Origin: Peptococcaceae bacterium | Lineage (GTDB): Bacteria; Bacillota; Peptococcia; DRI-13; UBA5745 | Assembly: GCA_031265035.1 (NCBI GenBank) | Contig: JAISDE010000061.1 | Coordinates: 1 to 44,509, forward strand | Direction of reading: 5' to 3' | Length of the DNA: 44,509 bases | Shown: positions 24,813 through 35,027 of the stretch, in pieces | How the letters are laid out: the number at the start of each line of letters is the position of its first letter | Position numbering within the stretch: the first letter of the stretch is position 1 | Made by a program: the position numbers and the translations under genes | The notes under the pieces: generated by a model | What the model saw: the letters and a program-made list of their open reading frames with translations, nothing else | The model's database searches: none | Told to the model about the DNA's origin: nothing

Positions 24813-26369
24813 TTATGCCCAAATGCCGTCCGGGTCTTGGGGCGCCCATTTTTGGCGCAACTCGCCCACCAGATAAAACGAGCCGGTACAAAGCACCAGA
24901 TCCCCTTTGACCGCCCGCCCCATAGCGACGTCCAGCGCCGCCAGGCAATCTTCAATATACTCTGCCTGCCCGCTAACCCGAAATCCCTCGGCCAGCGCCC
25001 GCCAGTCCCCGGCCCTGTCCGACAGCGGCTTGGTAATGATTACCTGTGAGACCAAACCGTCCAGATAACCGGCGGCCGCGAGCCGATCCTTATCGGCGAC
25101 CATGCCCATTACCAGGATTACTTTTTGGTAGGCCGCGCGGTTTTCCGACAGCCACAGAGCCAGATGACGTATGCCGTCGGGATTGTGGGAGCCGTCCAGC
25201 ACCACCGCTGGATCCTCCTGTACCTTCTCCAGCCGGCAGGGCCAGCGTACCGCCGCCACTCCCCGGTACAGAGCCTCCCGCCCCAGGCCGGGCAATACCG
25301 GCGACAAGATTTCCCAGGCGCGGACGACACAGGCCAAATTGACACACTGATGCTGGCCGGCCAGCGGCAGCGACAGATCCGGATACGTATCCCCCGGCGT
25401 GGACAGATTTACTATCTGGCCGTCCAGGCCCAGGCTAGTCGTCGTCCAGGAGCATTCCTCCCATACCGACGCCAAAAGCGGCGCCGGGCCAGCGGCGCGG
25501 GGATTTACCCCGCCGGAACTGGCTTCGTTGGGCCTGACACCGCCGGGACTGGCGTCGCCAAGGCTCGCCCCGCCGGAACTAGCCTCGTCGGGGCTGGCGC
25601 CGCCGGCGCTTGCCCCAACGGCCGCCGCCTGAGCCGCGGCGAAGGTCGCCTTTATAATCGCCATCGCCGCCGGATCCCCGGCAGCGCAGACCAGCGGCGC
25701 GCCCGCCTTGATAATGCCAGCCTTTTCCCTGGCTATCGCCGGGATCGTATCGCCCAGGAATTGCTCATGATCTAAGCTGACATTCGTGATGATCGTCAGC
25801 AGCGGCCGGGTGATGATGTTGGTGGCGTCAAAGCGCCCGCCCATGCCGGTCTCCAGGATCGCGACCTCGGCTTTTTCCTGGCTGAGCCACAAAAACGCCA
25901 TGGCGGTCAGCATCTCAAATTGCGTGGGCCTTTTGCCCAGCGCCCGCTCCACCCGCTCCGCCGCCGCCGTCGCCGTCGCCAGCAGCGTCAGCAATTCCCC
26001 GTCGGTGGCCAGCCGGCCGCCCAGGCGAAAGCGCTCGTTGTAACGTATGATATGGGGGGAGGTATACAGGCCGGTTTTGTAACCCGCTTCCCGCAGACAA
26101 CGCTCCAGCATGGCGCTGACGGAGCCTTTACCGTTGGTGCCGGCGATGTGAATGATCCGCTGATTGGTTTGGGGATTGCCCAGCTGACGCAAAAGCTCTG
26201 CCGTCACCGCCAGCCCCGGCTCAATGCCGTGAGCGGAGACCCTGTCCAGCGCCGCCCCGAAGGGTTCACCCACCTCCGGCGTCCGCTCCGGCGGCGTCAG
26301 CCCTGGCGCCTGGGCCTGCCTTAGCTTAGGAGCGCCTGGCCGCCCCTGCCTTGTCAGCTTATCTGTCAC
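24813..26369 (-). CDS. folC: folylpolyglutamate synthase / dihydrofolate synthase
   Basis: P-loop IAGTNGKGSV and Mur-ligase-family layout. The GTG start lies 4 nt after the valS stop and is preceded by GGAGGA. It contains a ~45-aa low-complexity insert. Confidence 0.9.
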   Translation of the reverse strand: MTDKLTRQGRPGAPKLRQAQAPGLTPPERTPEVGEPFGAALDRVSAHGIEPGLAVTAELLRQLGNPQTNQRIIHIAGTNGKGSVSAMLERCLREAGYKTGLYTSPHIIRYNERFRLGGRLATDGELLTLLATATAAAERVERALGKRPTQFEMLTAMAFLWLSQEKAEVAILETGMGGRFDATNIITRPLLTIITNVSLDHEQFLGDTIPAIAREKAGIIKAGAPLVCAAGDPAAMAIIKATFAAAQAAAVGASAGGASPDEASSGGASLGDASPGGVRPNEASSGGVNPRAAGPAPLLASVWEECSWTTTSLGLDGQIVNLSTPGDTYPDLSLPLAGQHQCVNLACVVRAWEILSPVLPGLGREALYRGVAAVRWPCRLEKVQEDPAVVLDGSHNPDGIRHLALWLSENRAAYQKVILVMGMVADKDRLAAAGYLDGLVSQVIITKPLSDRAGDWRALAEGFRVSGQAEYIEDCLAALDVAMGRAVKGDLVLCTGSFYLVGELRQKWAPQDPDGIWA

Positions 26370-26373
26370 AGGC

Positions 26374-29337
26374 TCAATCCTCCAGCATGGTCAGACGGGC
26401 TTCCAGCGCCGCCAACCGATAACGGGCGTCCGCCAGCTTGGCTTCCTCTTTGGCGATTACCTCCGCCGGCGCCTTGGCCAGAAAGGCGCCGTTAGCCAAT
26501 TTGCCCTCCAAGGCCCTGGTCTCGCCTTTGATCTTTTCCGCCTCTTTTTTCAGCCGGGCCGCCTCAGCCGCCATATCCACCAATCCCGCCAAAGGCAGAA
26601 AGATCTCTACGCCGCTGACCACAGCTGTCGCCGCTTGCCGGGGCCTCTCCCGCCGGCTGTCGCCCAGGGTGATATGACCGGCGGCGGCCAGGTGGGCGAT
26701 GTAGCCTTGGCAAATCGCCAGATCCCCGGCGATTCCCGGGTCGTCGGTCAAAAGAATCAAGTCCGCTTTCTTGCCGGGGCCGATATTGAACTGGCTCCGC
26801 AGGTTGCGGGCCGCTTTTACCGTTTCCATCACCAGACCCATGGCCGCTTCCGCCTTCTCATCTAGCAGCGCCGGATCGCCGGCCGGCCAGGGCGTCAGCA
26901 TAATGGTTTCCCCCTCGTGGGGCAGGTGCTGCCATAATTCCTCCGTAATAAAGGGCATAAACGGATGGAGCAGGGACAAAGTACCCCGCAAGGTCTCCGT
27001 CAGAGTTCTTTGAGCCAGGGCGCGGCTGGCCGGCGTTTCCTTGCCGTAAAGCCGGGGCTTGATCAACTCGATATACCAATCGCATAGCTCGTCCCACAGA
27101 AATTCGTAGACCCGTTGGGCGGCGGCGCCCAAATCATAGGCTTCCAGGGACGCCGTTACTTCCAGGGCGCAGCGATGGAAGCGGCTGGTGATCCAGCGAT
27201 CAGCCAAGGCAAGCTGGCCGCCGGCGCAAGCCTCAGCGCCAGTCTCCCCCCCGGCGGCGATGCCTGTGCCAGCTTCGCCAGCGTTGCCGCTCGCGCCAGT
27301 CTCAGTACCAGCATCAGCATCAGCATCAGCATCAGTCTCAGCGCCAGTTCCAGTACCAGCCCTAGCCCCAGCCTCAGCGCCAGCCTCAGCCCCGGCGCCA
27401 GTCTCAGCCGCCGCCAAATTCATCAGGGTAAAGCGGCTGGCGTTCCAGATCTTATTGCAAAAATTTCGGGTCGCCTCCAGGCGTTCCCGCTGAAAGCGCA
27501 GATCATTGCCCGGCGTAGTGCCGGTCATTAGCGTAAACCTCAGGGTGTCCGCCCCATAGGCGTCAATCAGCTCAATAGGATCGATGCCATTGCCCAGGGA
27601 CTTGCTCATTTTCCGGCCCTGGCTGTCCAGGATCAGCCCATGGATCAGCACATCCCGGAAAGGCACCTCCCCCATAAATTCCAGGCCCAAAAAAGCCATC
27701 CGGGCCACCCAGAAAAAGATGATATCCCGGCCGGTGACCAACACGGAGGTGGGGTAATAAGCCCGCAGATCGGCGGTATTTTCCGGCCAGCCCAGGGTGG
27801 AGAATGGCCACAGGCCGGAGCTGAACCAGGTGTCCAGCACATCCGGGTCCTGCTTCAGGTTGGGACGGCCGCATTCCGGGCAGATCGCCGGCGTCTCCCG
27901 GCGGCAGATCGCGGCGCCGCAGTCCCCGCAATACCAAACCGGTATCCGGTGCCCCCACCACAATTGCCGGCTGACACACCAATCCCGGACGTTTTCCATC
28001 CAATTCAGGTACACCTTCGCGAAACGGGCGGGCACAAAGCGGAGCCGACCGTCTTTTACCGCCTGGATCGCGGGCGCCGCCAAGGGCCGCATTTTCACAA
28101 ACCATTGCCGGGAAATCCTGGGTTCCACCACGGTATCGCAGCGGTAGCAATGCCCTACCGCGTGTTGGTGATCCTCAATTTTTTCCAGCAGGCCCAGAGC
28201 CGTCAAATCCGCGACGATCCTCTCCCTGGCCGCGTACCGATCCAAGCCGGCGTAAGGGCCGGCCAGCTCCGTCATCCGGGCGTTCTCATCCAGTACGGTA
28301 ATCTGCGCCAGACCGTGGCGCAGGCCGGTCTCGAAGTCGTTGATATCGTGGGCGGGGGTGATTTTCACCGCCCCGGTGCCAAATGCCGGATCGACCATCC
28401 TGTCGGCGATAATCGGGATTTCCCGGTTCAACAGCGGCAGAATCACGGTCTTGCCCACCAGATCGGCGTAACGGGCGTCCTCGGGATGCACCGCCACAGC
28501 CGTATCGCCCAGCATCGTTTCCGGCCGGGTCGTGGCCACCACCGCGAAACAGCCTGGCTCGCCTTTCACCGGGTAGCGGATATGCCAAAGGAAGCCGCTC
28601 TCATTTTCATGCTCCACCTCAATGTCGGAAATCGTCGTCCGGCATTTGGGGCACCAATTGACCAGATAATCGCCTTGGTAGATCAGATTTTTTTCGTATA
28701 GGGTGACAAATACCTCCCGCACGGCCCTGGAGCAGCCCTCGTCAAGGGTAAACCGTTCCCGTCCCCAGTCGCAGCTACAGCCCAGGGTGCCCAATTGCCG
28801 GGCGATACGGTCATGATATTGATCTTTCCATTGCCAGACCTGCCGTAAAAATTCTTCCCGGCCCAGGTCATATTTGCTTTTGCCCTCCTGGGCCAATTTT
28901 TCCTCCACCTTGGCCTGGGTGGCGATGCCGGCGTGATCGGTTCCCGGCAGCCACAAAACGTCCCGGCCCTGCATCCGCCGCCACCGGGTCAGGATATCCT
29001 GCTCCGTCTCATCCATGGCGTGGCCCAAATGCAAGGAGCCGGTGACATTGGGCGGCGGCATCACGATGGCAAATCGTTCCCGGCTGTCGCCGGCCGCGCC
29101 TGCCGTCGTTCCGGCGTCCGCCGCCGCCCCGGCAGCGGCTGCCCCGGCAGTCACCCCGGCTAGGGTTCCGGCAGCTGACCCAGCCGCGCTTCCGCCGGCC
29201 GCGCCTGCCGTCGTTCCGGCATCCGCCGTAGCCCCGGCCCGAAAATATCCCCTTTGCCGCCACCGCTCATACAGCCGGTTCTCCACTTGCTTTGGCCCGT
29301 ACACGGTGGCCAAATTTTCCTTATCCTTTTGACACAT
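26374..29337 (-). CDS. valS: valine--tRNA ligase
   Basis: HIGH region [19 protein letters not shown] (RKMSKSLGN), C-terminal coiled coil. GGAGG lies 9 nt upstream of the ATG. At 987 aa it is about 100 aa longer than usual because of two low-complexity inserts. Confidence 0.97.
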   Translation of the reverse strand: MCQKDKENLATVYGPKQVENRLYERWRQRGYFRAGATADAGTTAGAAGGSAAGSAAGTLAGVTAGAAAAGAAADAGTTAGAAGDSRERFAIVMPPPNVTGSLHLGHAMDETEQDILTRWRRMQGRDVLWLPGTDHAGIATQAKVEEKLAQEGKSKYDLGREEFLRQVWQWKDQYHDRIARQLGTLGCSCDWGRERFTLDEGCSRAVREVFVTLYEKNLIYQGDYLVNWCPKCRTTISDIEVEHENESGFLWHIRYPVKGEPGCFAVVATTRPETMLGDTAVAVHPEDARYADLVGKTVILPLLNREIPIIADRMVDPAFGTGAVKITPAHDINDFETGLRHGLAQITVLDENARMTELAGPYAGLDRYAARERIVADLTALGLLEKIEDHQHAVGHCYRCDTVVEPRISRQWFVKMRPLAAPAIQAVKDGRLRFVPARFAKVYLNWMENVRDWCVSRQLWWGHRIPVWYCGDCGAAICRRETPAICPECGRPNLKQDPDVLDTWFSSGLWPFSTLGWPENTADLRAYYPTSVLVTGRDIIFFWVARMAFLGLEFMGEVPFRDVLIHGLILDSQGRKMSKSLGNGIDPIELIDAYGADTLRFTLMTGTTPGNDLRFQRERLEATRNFCNKIWNASRFTLMNLAAAETGAGAEAGAEAGARAGTGTGAETDADADADAGTETGASGNAGEAGTGIAAGGETGAEACAGGQLALADRWITSRFHRCALEVTASLEAYDLGAAAQRVYEFLWDELCDWYIELIKPRLYGKETPASRALAQRTLTETLRGTLSLLHPFMPFITEELWQHLPHEGETIMLTPWPAGDPALLDEKAEAAMGLVMETVKAARNLRSQFNIGPGKKADLILLTDDPGIAGDLAICQGYIAHLAAAGHITLGDSRRERPRQAATAVVSGVEIFLPLAGLVDMAAEAARLKKEAEKIKGETRALEGKLANGAFLAKAPAEVIAKEEAKLADARYRLAALEARLTMLED

Positions 29338-29470
29338 TCATTTCTGCCTCCCCGATATGACAAATCGTCGTTTTTTTCTTGTTTGGCCGCATAACTTTAC
29401 AGAATGTCAAACCTTATTTTTTCCGGCTGCCTAAAATAAAATAAGGGAAGCGACCAACAAGGAGGAACCC

Positions 29471-30160
29471 GTGGCCAACAAATTAGCCGAAATGCTGTTT
29501 AAGCTTCGTAAAGAGCTCCAATTGAGCCAGTCTCAATTGGGGCAGTCTGTCGGCCTGGAGGGCGCCGCGATCTCTTTATATGAATCAGGCAAACGGGCGC
29601 CGAGTTATGATACCGCGATAGAAATTGCCCGGCTTTTTGACGTTTCCCTGGACTATCTCTTTGGCATTTCCCCTGTTCGGTCGCCCGCGCGGTATGAGTA
29701 CGGCGAAAACATTCCCTTCTTGAGCGATCACGATATCCTGGCGCCGCCGAAAATCACCGTCGGCGACGTTGCCGCCGAAGACCCGTCTTTTGAGGAATCG
29801 ACCCCGGAAACAGTCTACGGGGCCGTACAAGCCCCGGCGGAGCAGATCTGGCGGGCGGCGAAATTCTTTTATAAGGTCAATCACAACAGCTTCGCTCAAT
29901 ACAGTATTCTGAAGGATGACGTACTTCTGGTGGATGATCGGCCGGAAAAAATCGAGAATCTGAATAAAGGCGATTTGATTCTGACGCAGCTGAGAGAAGA
30001 CGATGATATCAAAGTTTACCGCATTGTCCAGAAGGCCAATCCTCTGCTTCTGCTGCCGGCGGACGCGCCGCAAAACGCGGTTACCCTGACGGCGAAAAGC
30101 CTGGCGCGGGCGCCGGTTTTGGGCAAAATCCTGGAACTGCATCGCCAATATAACAGTTAA
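29471..30160 (+). CDS. XRE-family HTH + S24 (LexA/CI-like) peptidase-domain repressor
   Basis: GTG start after AAGGAGG. HTH_3 segment (LRKELQLSQSQLGQSVGLEGAAISLYESGKRAPS). In the C-terminus, VNHNSF...DDVLLVD and DIKVYRIV sit where the S24 Ser/Lys dyad is expected. Confidence 0.75.
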   Translation: MANKLAEMLFKLRKELQLSQSQLGQSVGLEGAAISLYESGKRAPSYDTAIEIARLFDVSLDYLFGISPVRSPARYEYGENIPFLSDHDILAPPKITVGDVAAEDPSFEESTPETVYGAVQAPAEQIWRAAKFFYKVNHNSFAQYSILKDDVLLVDDRPEKIENLNKGDLILTQLREDDDIKVYRIVQKANPLLLLPADAPQNAVTLTAKSLARAPVLGKILELHRQYNS

Positions 30161-30211
30161 TAGTGTATGACGCCTAAAATTCCAAATTTCACCCAAAACG
30201 GGCTTTCTTGA

Positions 30212-30823
30212 TCATTTCTTTTCCCCGCCGCCGCTCCTGGCGGTCAGCCGCTCCGTCAGCCAGCCGGCCAATTCCTCCCGGCCCTGACCGGTCTCGGCGG
30301 AAAAAGGGATCACCGCCGTCGCCGGCGCCAGCGCCAATTCCCGCCGGATTTCCCCGACCTGCTTTTGCCAGCGCCCTTTGGGCAATTTGTCCGCCTTCGA
30401 GCCAGCCACGACAAAAGGAATCGCCTGATACCGCAGCCATTCCACCATCAGTTGATCCGACTCCATCGGCGGGTGCCGAAAGTCCACCAATTGGATCACC
30501 CCCGCCAGTTCCTCGCGGCCGGTAAGATAAGCCTCAATAAATTGGCCCCAGCGAGCGCGATCGGTCTTTGAGGTTTTGGCGTAGCCGTAGCCGGGCAAAT
30601 CCACAAAAAACCAGGCTTGGTTGATAGCGTAAAAATTCAGGGTCTGGGTCTTACCGGGCTGTCCGCTGGTACGGGCCAGATTTTTTCGTTGCAGCAGGTT
30701 ATTGATCAAGGAGGACTTGCCGACGTTGGAACGGCCGGACAGGGCGATTTCCGGCCGGCCGCCCGGCGGGTACTGCTCCGGTCTCACCGCGGCGGCGAAC
30801 ATCGCCGCTTCCCGTATGATCAT
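30212..30823 (-). CDS. engB: ribosome biogenesis GTPase YsxC/EngB
   Basis: G1 motif [12 protein letters not shown] and typical N-terminus. 4-nt ATGA overlap with the lon stop. Confidence 0.93.
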   Translation of the reverse strand: MIIREAAMFAAAVRPEQYPPGGRPEIALSGRSNVGKSSLINNLLQRKNLARTSGQPGKTQTLNFYAINQAWFFVDLPGYGYAKTSKTDRARWGQFIEAYLTGREELAGVIQLVDFRHPPMESDQLMVEWLRYQAIPFVVAGSKADKLPKGRWQKQVGEIRRELALAPATAVIPFSAETGQGREELAGWLTERLTARSGGGEKK

Positions 30824-33381
30824 TTCTCACCGCTCTCGCCGCCGGGAGCGCTTTTTTTTGCCCCGGCGTCGGCCTTTATCTCGGCGTCGGCACCGGCTTT
30901 TGCCCTAGCCGCAGCCTTTACCCCGGCGGCGGCCTCAGCCTTTGCGGCGGCCGCTTTGCCCTTCGCCCCAGCGCTTTTTTTTGCCCCGGCCTCAGCCTTC
31001 GCCGCCCCGCCGGCGCCTTTTTTTGCCCCGGCCTCAGCCTTCGCCGTCGCCTCCCCCGGCGCCATCAGCGCCAGGGCCAACACCTCATCCATCGTTTCCA
31101 CCAGCTGAAATTCCAGGGACTGCCGGACATTGGCCGGAATATCCTCCAGATCCTTCTCGTTTTCCGCCGGCAGGATGATGACGGAGCAGCCGGCCCGATG
31201 GGCGGCCAGCACCTTTTCTTTGATCCCGCCCACCGGTAGCACCCGGCCCCGCAGGGTGATCTCCCCGGTCATAGCGATATGGCCCCGCACCTGCCGCTTG
31301 GACAAGGCGGAGGCCAGCGCCGTCGCCATGGTGATCCCGGCGGACGGCCCGTCCTTGGGGATGGCCCCCTCCGGGATGTGAATATGGATGTCCAAATCCT
31401 TGTAAAATTTCTCCCCAATCCCCAATTCGGCGGCCCGGGAGCGGATAAAGCTGTAGCCCGCCTGAGCGGATTCCTTCATCACGTCGCCCAGCTTGCCGGT
31501 GAGGATCAGCTTGCCGCCGCCTTTCATCGGGCTGACCTCGATCTGCAATACCTCGCCGCCCACCTCCGTCCAAGCCAGGCCGTTGGCCATGCCGGCCAGG
31601 TTCTCCTGGAGCGCCGTCCGATGCCGGTAACGGGGAATCCCTAAAAATTCCCGCAATACCTTAGGCCCGATCACCACGGAATTTTTGGAGCCGTCGGCGA
31701 TCTGCCGGGCGGCCTTGCGGCAAAGCCGGGCCACCTCCCGTTCCAGGCCCCGGATGCCGGCCTCCCTGGTATAAGACTCAATCACTTGTCGCAGCTCCGG
31801 CACACCGACCCGCAGCTGACTTTTTTTCAGCCCATTTTCCTGCCTCTGCTTGGGCACCAGATAGCGTCGGGCAATTTCCAGTTTTTCCACTTCCGTATAG
31901 CCGGAAATCGGGATCAACTCCATCCGATCCATCAAGGGTGGGGGAATATTGTACGCCACGTTGGCGGTGACGATAAACAACACCTTGGACAAATCCACGG
32001 GCATCTCGATATAATGATCGCTGAAGCTGAAATTTTGCTCCGGATCCAATACCTCCAGCAACGCCGACGAGGGGTCGCCCCGAAAATCCATGCTCATTTT
32101 ATCCACCTCGTCCAGCAAAAAAACGGGGTTTTTGGTGCCCGCCGTCCGCAGGCCTTGGATGATTCGGCCTGGCATCGCCCCTACATAAGTCCGCCGATGG
32201 CCCCGGATCTCCGCCTCATCCCGCACGCCGCCCAGGGACATGCGGACAAATTTCCGATTCAAGGCCCGGGCCACCGACTTGGCCAGCGAGGTCTTGCCCA
32301 CCCCCGGCGGCCCCACCAGGCAGAGGATCGGCCCCTTGATGGTCTGGGTCAGCTTGCGCACCGCCAAATATTCCAGAATCCGCTCCTTGGGCTTTTCCAG
32401 GCCGTAATGATCCGCCTCCAATATTTCTTCCGCCACCCGCAGATCCAGATTGTCCGTCGTCTCCGCCTGCCAGGGCACCATCAGCAGCCAATCCAGATAA
32501 TTGCGCACCACGGTGGCCTCGGCGGTCATCGGCGGCATTTTCTCCAGCCGCTCCACTTCCTTGATCGCCTTTTCCAGGCTGTCCTCCGGCATACCGGCTT
32601 TCTCCAAATTTTCCCGGTATTCCTCCGTCTCCGTCTGCCGTTCCTCTTTTTCCCCCAGTTCTTTTTGGATGACCTTTACTTGTTCCCGCAGATAATACTC
32701 TTTTTGATTTTTGTCCAATTGCTGCCGTACCTGAGCGTTGATTTTCCGCTCAATGTCCAAAATTTCCAGCTCTCGGCCCAGAATCTCCCCCAAGAGCCTT
32801 ACCCGCTGGCCGATGGACAAGGTTTCCAGTATGTGTTGTCGTTCCGGCAGCTTCAAATTGACGTGGGAAGCCACAAAATCGCAGAGGCGGCCCGGCTCGT
32901 CAATCGACGTGATCGCGATCATCGTTTCCGGCGTCACCTTCTTGCCCAACCGCACATACTTCTCGAATTGCTCCGTCAATGTGCGCATGGCCGCCTCCAG
33001 CGACAGATCCTTGCCGGTTTGATCCGGCAAGGGGGCAAAGGACGCCTCCATATGCGGCTCTGTCTGCAATATATCCCGCAGCGCCGCCCGGACGACACCT
33101 TCCACCAGCACCCGCACCGTATCGCCCGGCAATTTCAGCATTTGCTTGATTTCCGCCACTGTGCCCAGATGATAGAGATCGTCCGCGCCAGGGTCGTCCA
33201 CCTCGGTATCCCGCTGCGCCAACAAAAAAATCTGCCGCTGATTGAGCATCGCCGATTCCATAGCCTTAACGGACTTTTCCCGTCCCACGTCCAAATGCAT
33301 CATCATACCCGGAAAAACAATGATCCCCCGCAAAGGCAGCAGGGGCAGTCTTTGTATCGGCCTGTTGTCGTTTTGATCCAT
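30820..33381 (-). CDS. lon: ATP-dependent Lon protease (LonA)
   Basis: Start at [25 protein letters not shown] (ATG 33379-33381; GTG 33393 after GAAGGTGA is an alternative). Walker [10 protein letters not shown], catalytic Ser in [12 protein letters not shown]. An 80-aa Ala/Lys/Gly tail follows the normal C-terminus. Confidence 0.95.
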   Translation of the reverse strand: MDQNDNRPIQRLPLLPLRGIIVFPGMMMHLDVGREKSVKAMESAMLNQRQIFLLAQRDTEVDDPGADDLYHLGTVAEIKQMLKLPGDTVRVLVEGVVRAALRDILQTEPHMEASFAPLPDQTGKDLSLEAAMRTLTEQFEKYVRLGKKVTPETMIAITSIDEPGRLCDFVASHVNLKLPERQHILETLSIGQRVRLLGEILGRELEILDIERKINAQVRQQLDKNQKEYYLREQVKVIQKELGEKEERQTETEEYRENLEKAGMPEDSLEKAIKEVERLEKMPPMTAEATVVRNYLDWLLMVPWQAETTDNLDLRVAEEILEADHYGLEKPKERILEYLAVRKLTQTIKGPILCLVGPPGVGKTSLAKSVARALNRKFVRMSLGGVRDEAEIRGHRRTYVGAMPGRIIQGLRTAGTKNPVFLLDEVDKMSMDFRGDPSSALLEVLDPEQNFSFSDHYIEMPVDLSKVLFIVTANVAYNIPPPLMDRMELIPISGYTEVEKLEIARRYLVPKQRQENGLKKSQLRVGVPELRQVIESYTREAGIRGLEREVARLCRKAARQIADGSKNSVVIGPKVLREFLGIPRYRHRTALQENLAGMANGLAWTEVGGEVLQIEVSPMKGGGKLILTGKLGDVMKESAQAGYSFIRSRAAELGIGEKFYKDLDIHIHIPEGAIPKDGPSAGITMATALASALSKRQVRGHIAMTGEITLRGRVLPVGGIKEKVLAAHRAGCSVIILPAENEKDLEDIPANVRQSLEFQLVETMDEVLALALMAPGEATAKAEAGAKKGAGGAAKAEAGAKKSAGAKGKAAAAKAEAAAGVKAAARAKAGADAEIKADAGAKKSAPGGESGEK

Positions 33382-33415
33382 GTTATCCGTCACGGTATCA
33401 CCTTCTTTAGTTATT

Positions 33416-33444
33416 ATTATACGCCCAAACCGGGGCGGCGGCAA
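33416..33444 (-). promoter_or_regulatory. candidate lon promoter
   Basis: Minus strand: TTGCCG (complement of 33439-33444), 17 nt, TATAAT (complement of 33416-33421). Confidence 0.5.
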
Positions 33445-33468
33445 TGGGGAGGCCAACCGGCGCCTGGG

Positions 33469-33503
33469 AAATTTCGACGGAATTTCGACGGCAGATTTCG
33501 GCG
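33469..33503. repeat. 11-12-bp tandem repeat x3 upstream of the lon promoter
   Basis: AAATTTCGACGG (33469-33480), AATTTCGACGG (33481-33491), and a degenerate CAGATTTCGGCG (33492-33503). Confidence 0.8.
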
Positions 33504-33569
33504 CCTCACTCAACAACCATGCTATAAACTTTCAAAAATAAAAAGTTTTTCAACATCAACACTATAAAC

Positions 33570-33599
33570 TTGATCATTTAGGGCGCTTTTTGGTATAAT
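33570..33599 (+). promoter_or_regulatory. candidate extended -10 promoter of the AAA_14 ATPase gene
   Basis: TTGATC (33570-33575), 18 nt, TGGTATAAT (33591-33599). Confidence 0.5.
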
Positions 33600-33618
33600 A
33601 ACCTACGGAGGCGATCCT

Positions 33619-34944
33619 ATGCTGAAAAACGAGGGCCAACTGCGGGACCGCGATCTTTACCTGAACCGTCTGATCGCGTTTCAAGATACCGAGTCAGTTA
33701 AGATCATCACGGGAATCCGCCGCTGCGGCAAGTCCAGCCTGATGAGGCTGATGGCCCGGCGCTTGCGCCAAAACGGTGCCGCGGGCGATCAAATCATTGA
33801 GCTCAACTTTGAGTCAATGGAGTTTCGGGGGATGAGTCCGGAGGGCCTGTATCAATATGTGAAAGGGCGGCTGCCGGCAAACAGGCGGGCCTATCTGTTT
33901 TTTGACGAGATACAGCGGATCGACCGCTGGCAGGACGCGGTCAATTCCTTGCGGGTCGATTGCGATTGCGATATCTACGTGACCGGTTCCAACGCCTTCC
34001 TGCTCTCGTCGGAGTACGCGACCTATCTGGCCGGGAGAAGCGTGGAAATCAAGATGCTGCCCCTCTCCTTCCTGGAGTTCCTGGATTTTCACGGCTATGA
34101 GGCCCGGGAAACCGGCGGCCCTGCCGGCGGCGCGCGCTGGCGGGTCTATGACGCCAAAAACGAAAGCTACGAGCCAAAGGAATTGCTGGAAGCGTATATG
34201 AGGTTTGGCGGCATGCCGGGGATCGCCGATGTGGGCCTGGATACGGACAAGGCGCTGACGCTGCTTGACGGCGTTTACTCCACTGTTGTCGTCCGGGATA
34301 TCCTGGAGCGGGAGAGGCGCCGGGGACAAAGGCAGATCACCGATCCGGAGCTGCTCCGAAAGATCATCATGTTCCTGGCGGACAATATCGGCAACAGCAC
34401 CTCCATCACCTCAATCGGCAACACGCTGACGAGCGGGAAGCTGCTTGAGAGCGGCGGGCGAAAGGGCAGGCCAGCGGCGCAGACCGTCCAGGCATATGTG
34501 GGCGCCCTACTGGAAGCCTTTGTGTTTTATGAGATCAAGCGTTTTGATATCAAAGGGAAAGAGTATCTGCGCACCCTTGGTAAATATTATATAGTGGACA
34601 TCGGCCTGCGAAATTACCTGCTCGGTTTTCGCGACATGGACACCGGTCATATTATCGAGAACATCGTCTATTTCGAGCTGCTTCGCCGGGGTTACGATGT
34701 GGCGATCGGCAAGGCCGGCGACAGGGAAGTGGATTTTATCGCCGCCGGCGCCAACGAAAAGCGGTATATTCAGGTGACGGAGTCCATGAACGATCCCGCC
34801 GCGAGAGAGCGGGAGTTGGCGCCGCTTCGTAGCATAAGGGACAACTACGAGAAGCTCATCATCGCCGGCGAGTGTGATTATCCCGCGACACAGGACGGGA
34901 TCAAGCTGATCAAGCTAACCGATTTTCTGCTGGGCGCTTTTTGA
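33619..34944 (+). CDS. AAA_14 ATPase + DUF4143 protein (COG1373-like)
   Basis: Walker A GIRRCGKSSL, Walker B YLFFDEIQRI. The C-terminal ENIVYFELLRRGYDVAIGKAGDREVDFIAAG...YIQVT looks like a restriction-endonuclease-fold tail. GGAGG lies 7 nt upstream. Confidence 0.8.
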   Translation: MLKNEGQLRDRDLYLNRLIAFQDTESVKIITGIRRCGKSSLMRLMARRLRQNGAAGDQIIELNFESMEFRGMSPEGLYQYVKGRLPANRRAYLFFDEIQRIDRWQDAVNSLRVDCDCDIYVTGSNAFLLSSEYATYLAGRSVEIKMLPLSFLEFLDFHGYEARETGGPAGGARWRVYDAKNESYEPKELLEAYMRFGGMPGIADVGLDTDKALTLLDGVYSTVVVRDILERERRRGQRQITDPELLRKIIMFLADNIGNSTSITSIGNTLTSGKLLESGGRKGRPAAQTVQAYVGALLEAFVFYEIKRFDIKGKEYLRTLGKYYIVDIGLRNYLLGFRDMDTGHIIENIVYFELLRRGYDVAIGKAGDREVDFIAAGANEKRYIQVTESMNDPAARERELAPLRSIRDNYEKLIIAGECDYPATQDGIKLIKLTDFLLGAF

Positions 34945-35027
34945 TTTCCCGACATTACCACAGCCCTTACCCACAGCTATTTCCCCAACCTTTACAAAAA
35001 TATTCATTTACGCCTTCGTGAATAATT

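Noticed and set aside
29338-29470. T-box leader upstream of valS
   Set aside because: Only ~130 nt are available. I saw no specifier-loop or T-box sequence and no terminator/antiterminator pair.
33382-33516. 45-codon N-terminal extension of lon in the track
   Set aside because: The sequence ([28 protein letters not shown]...) runs through the predicted lon promoter. The conserved Lon N-terminus starts at [19 protein letters not shown].
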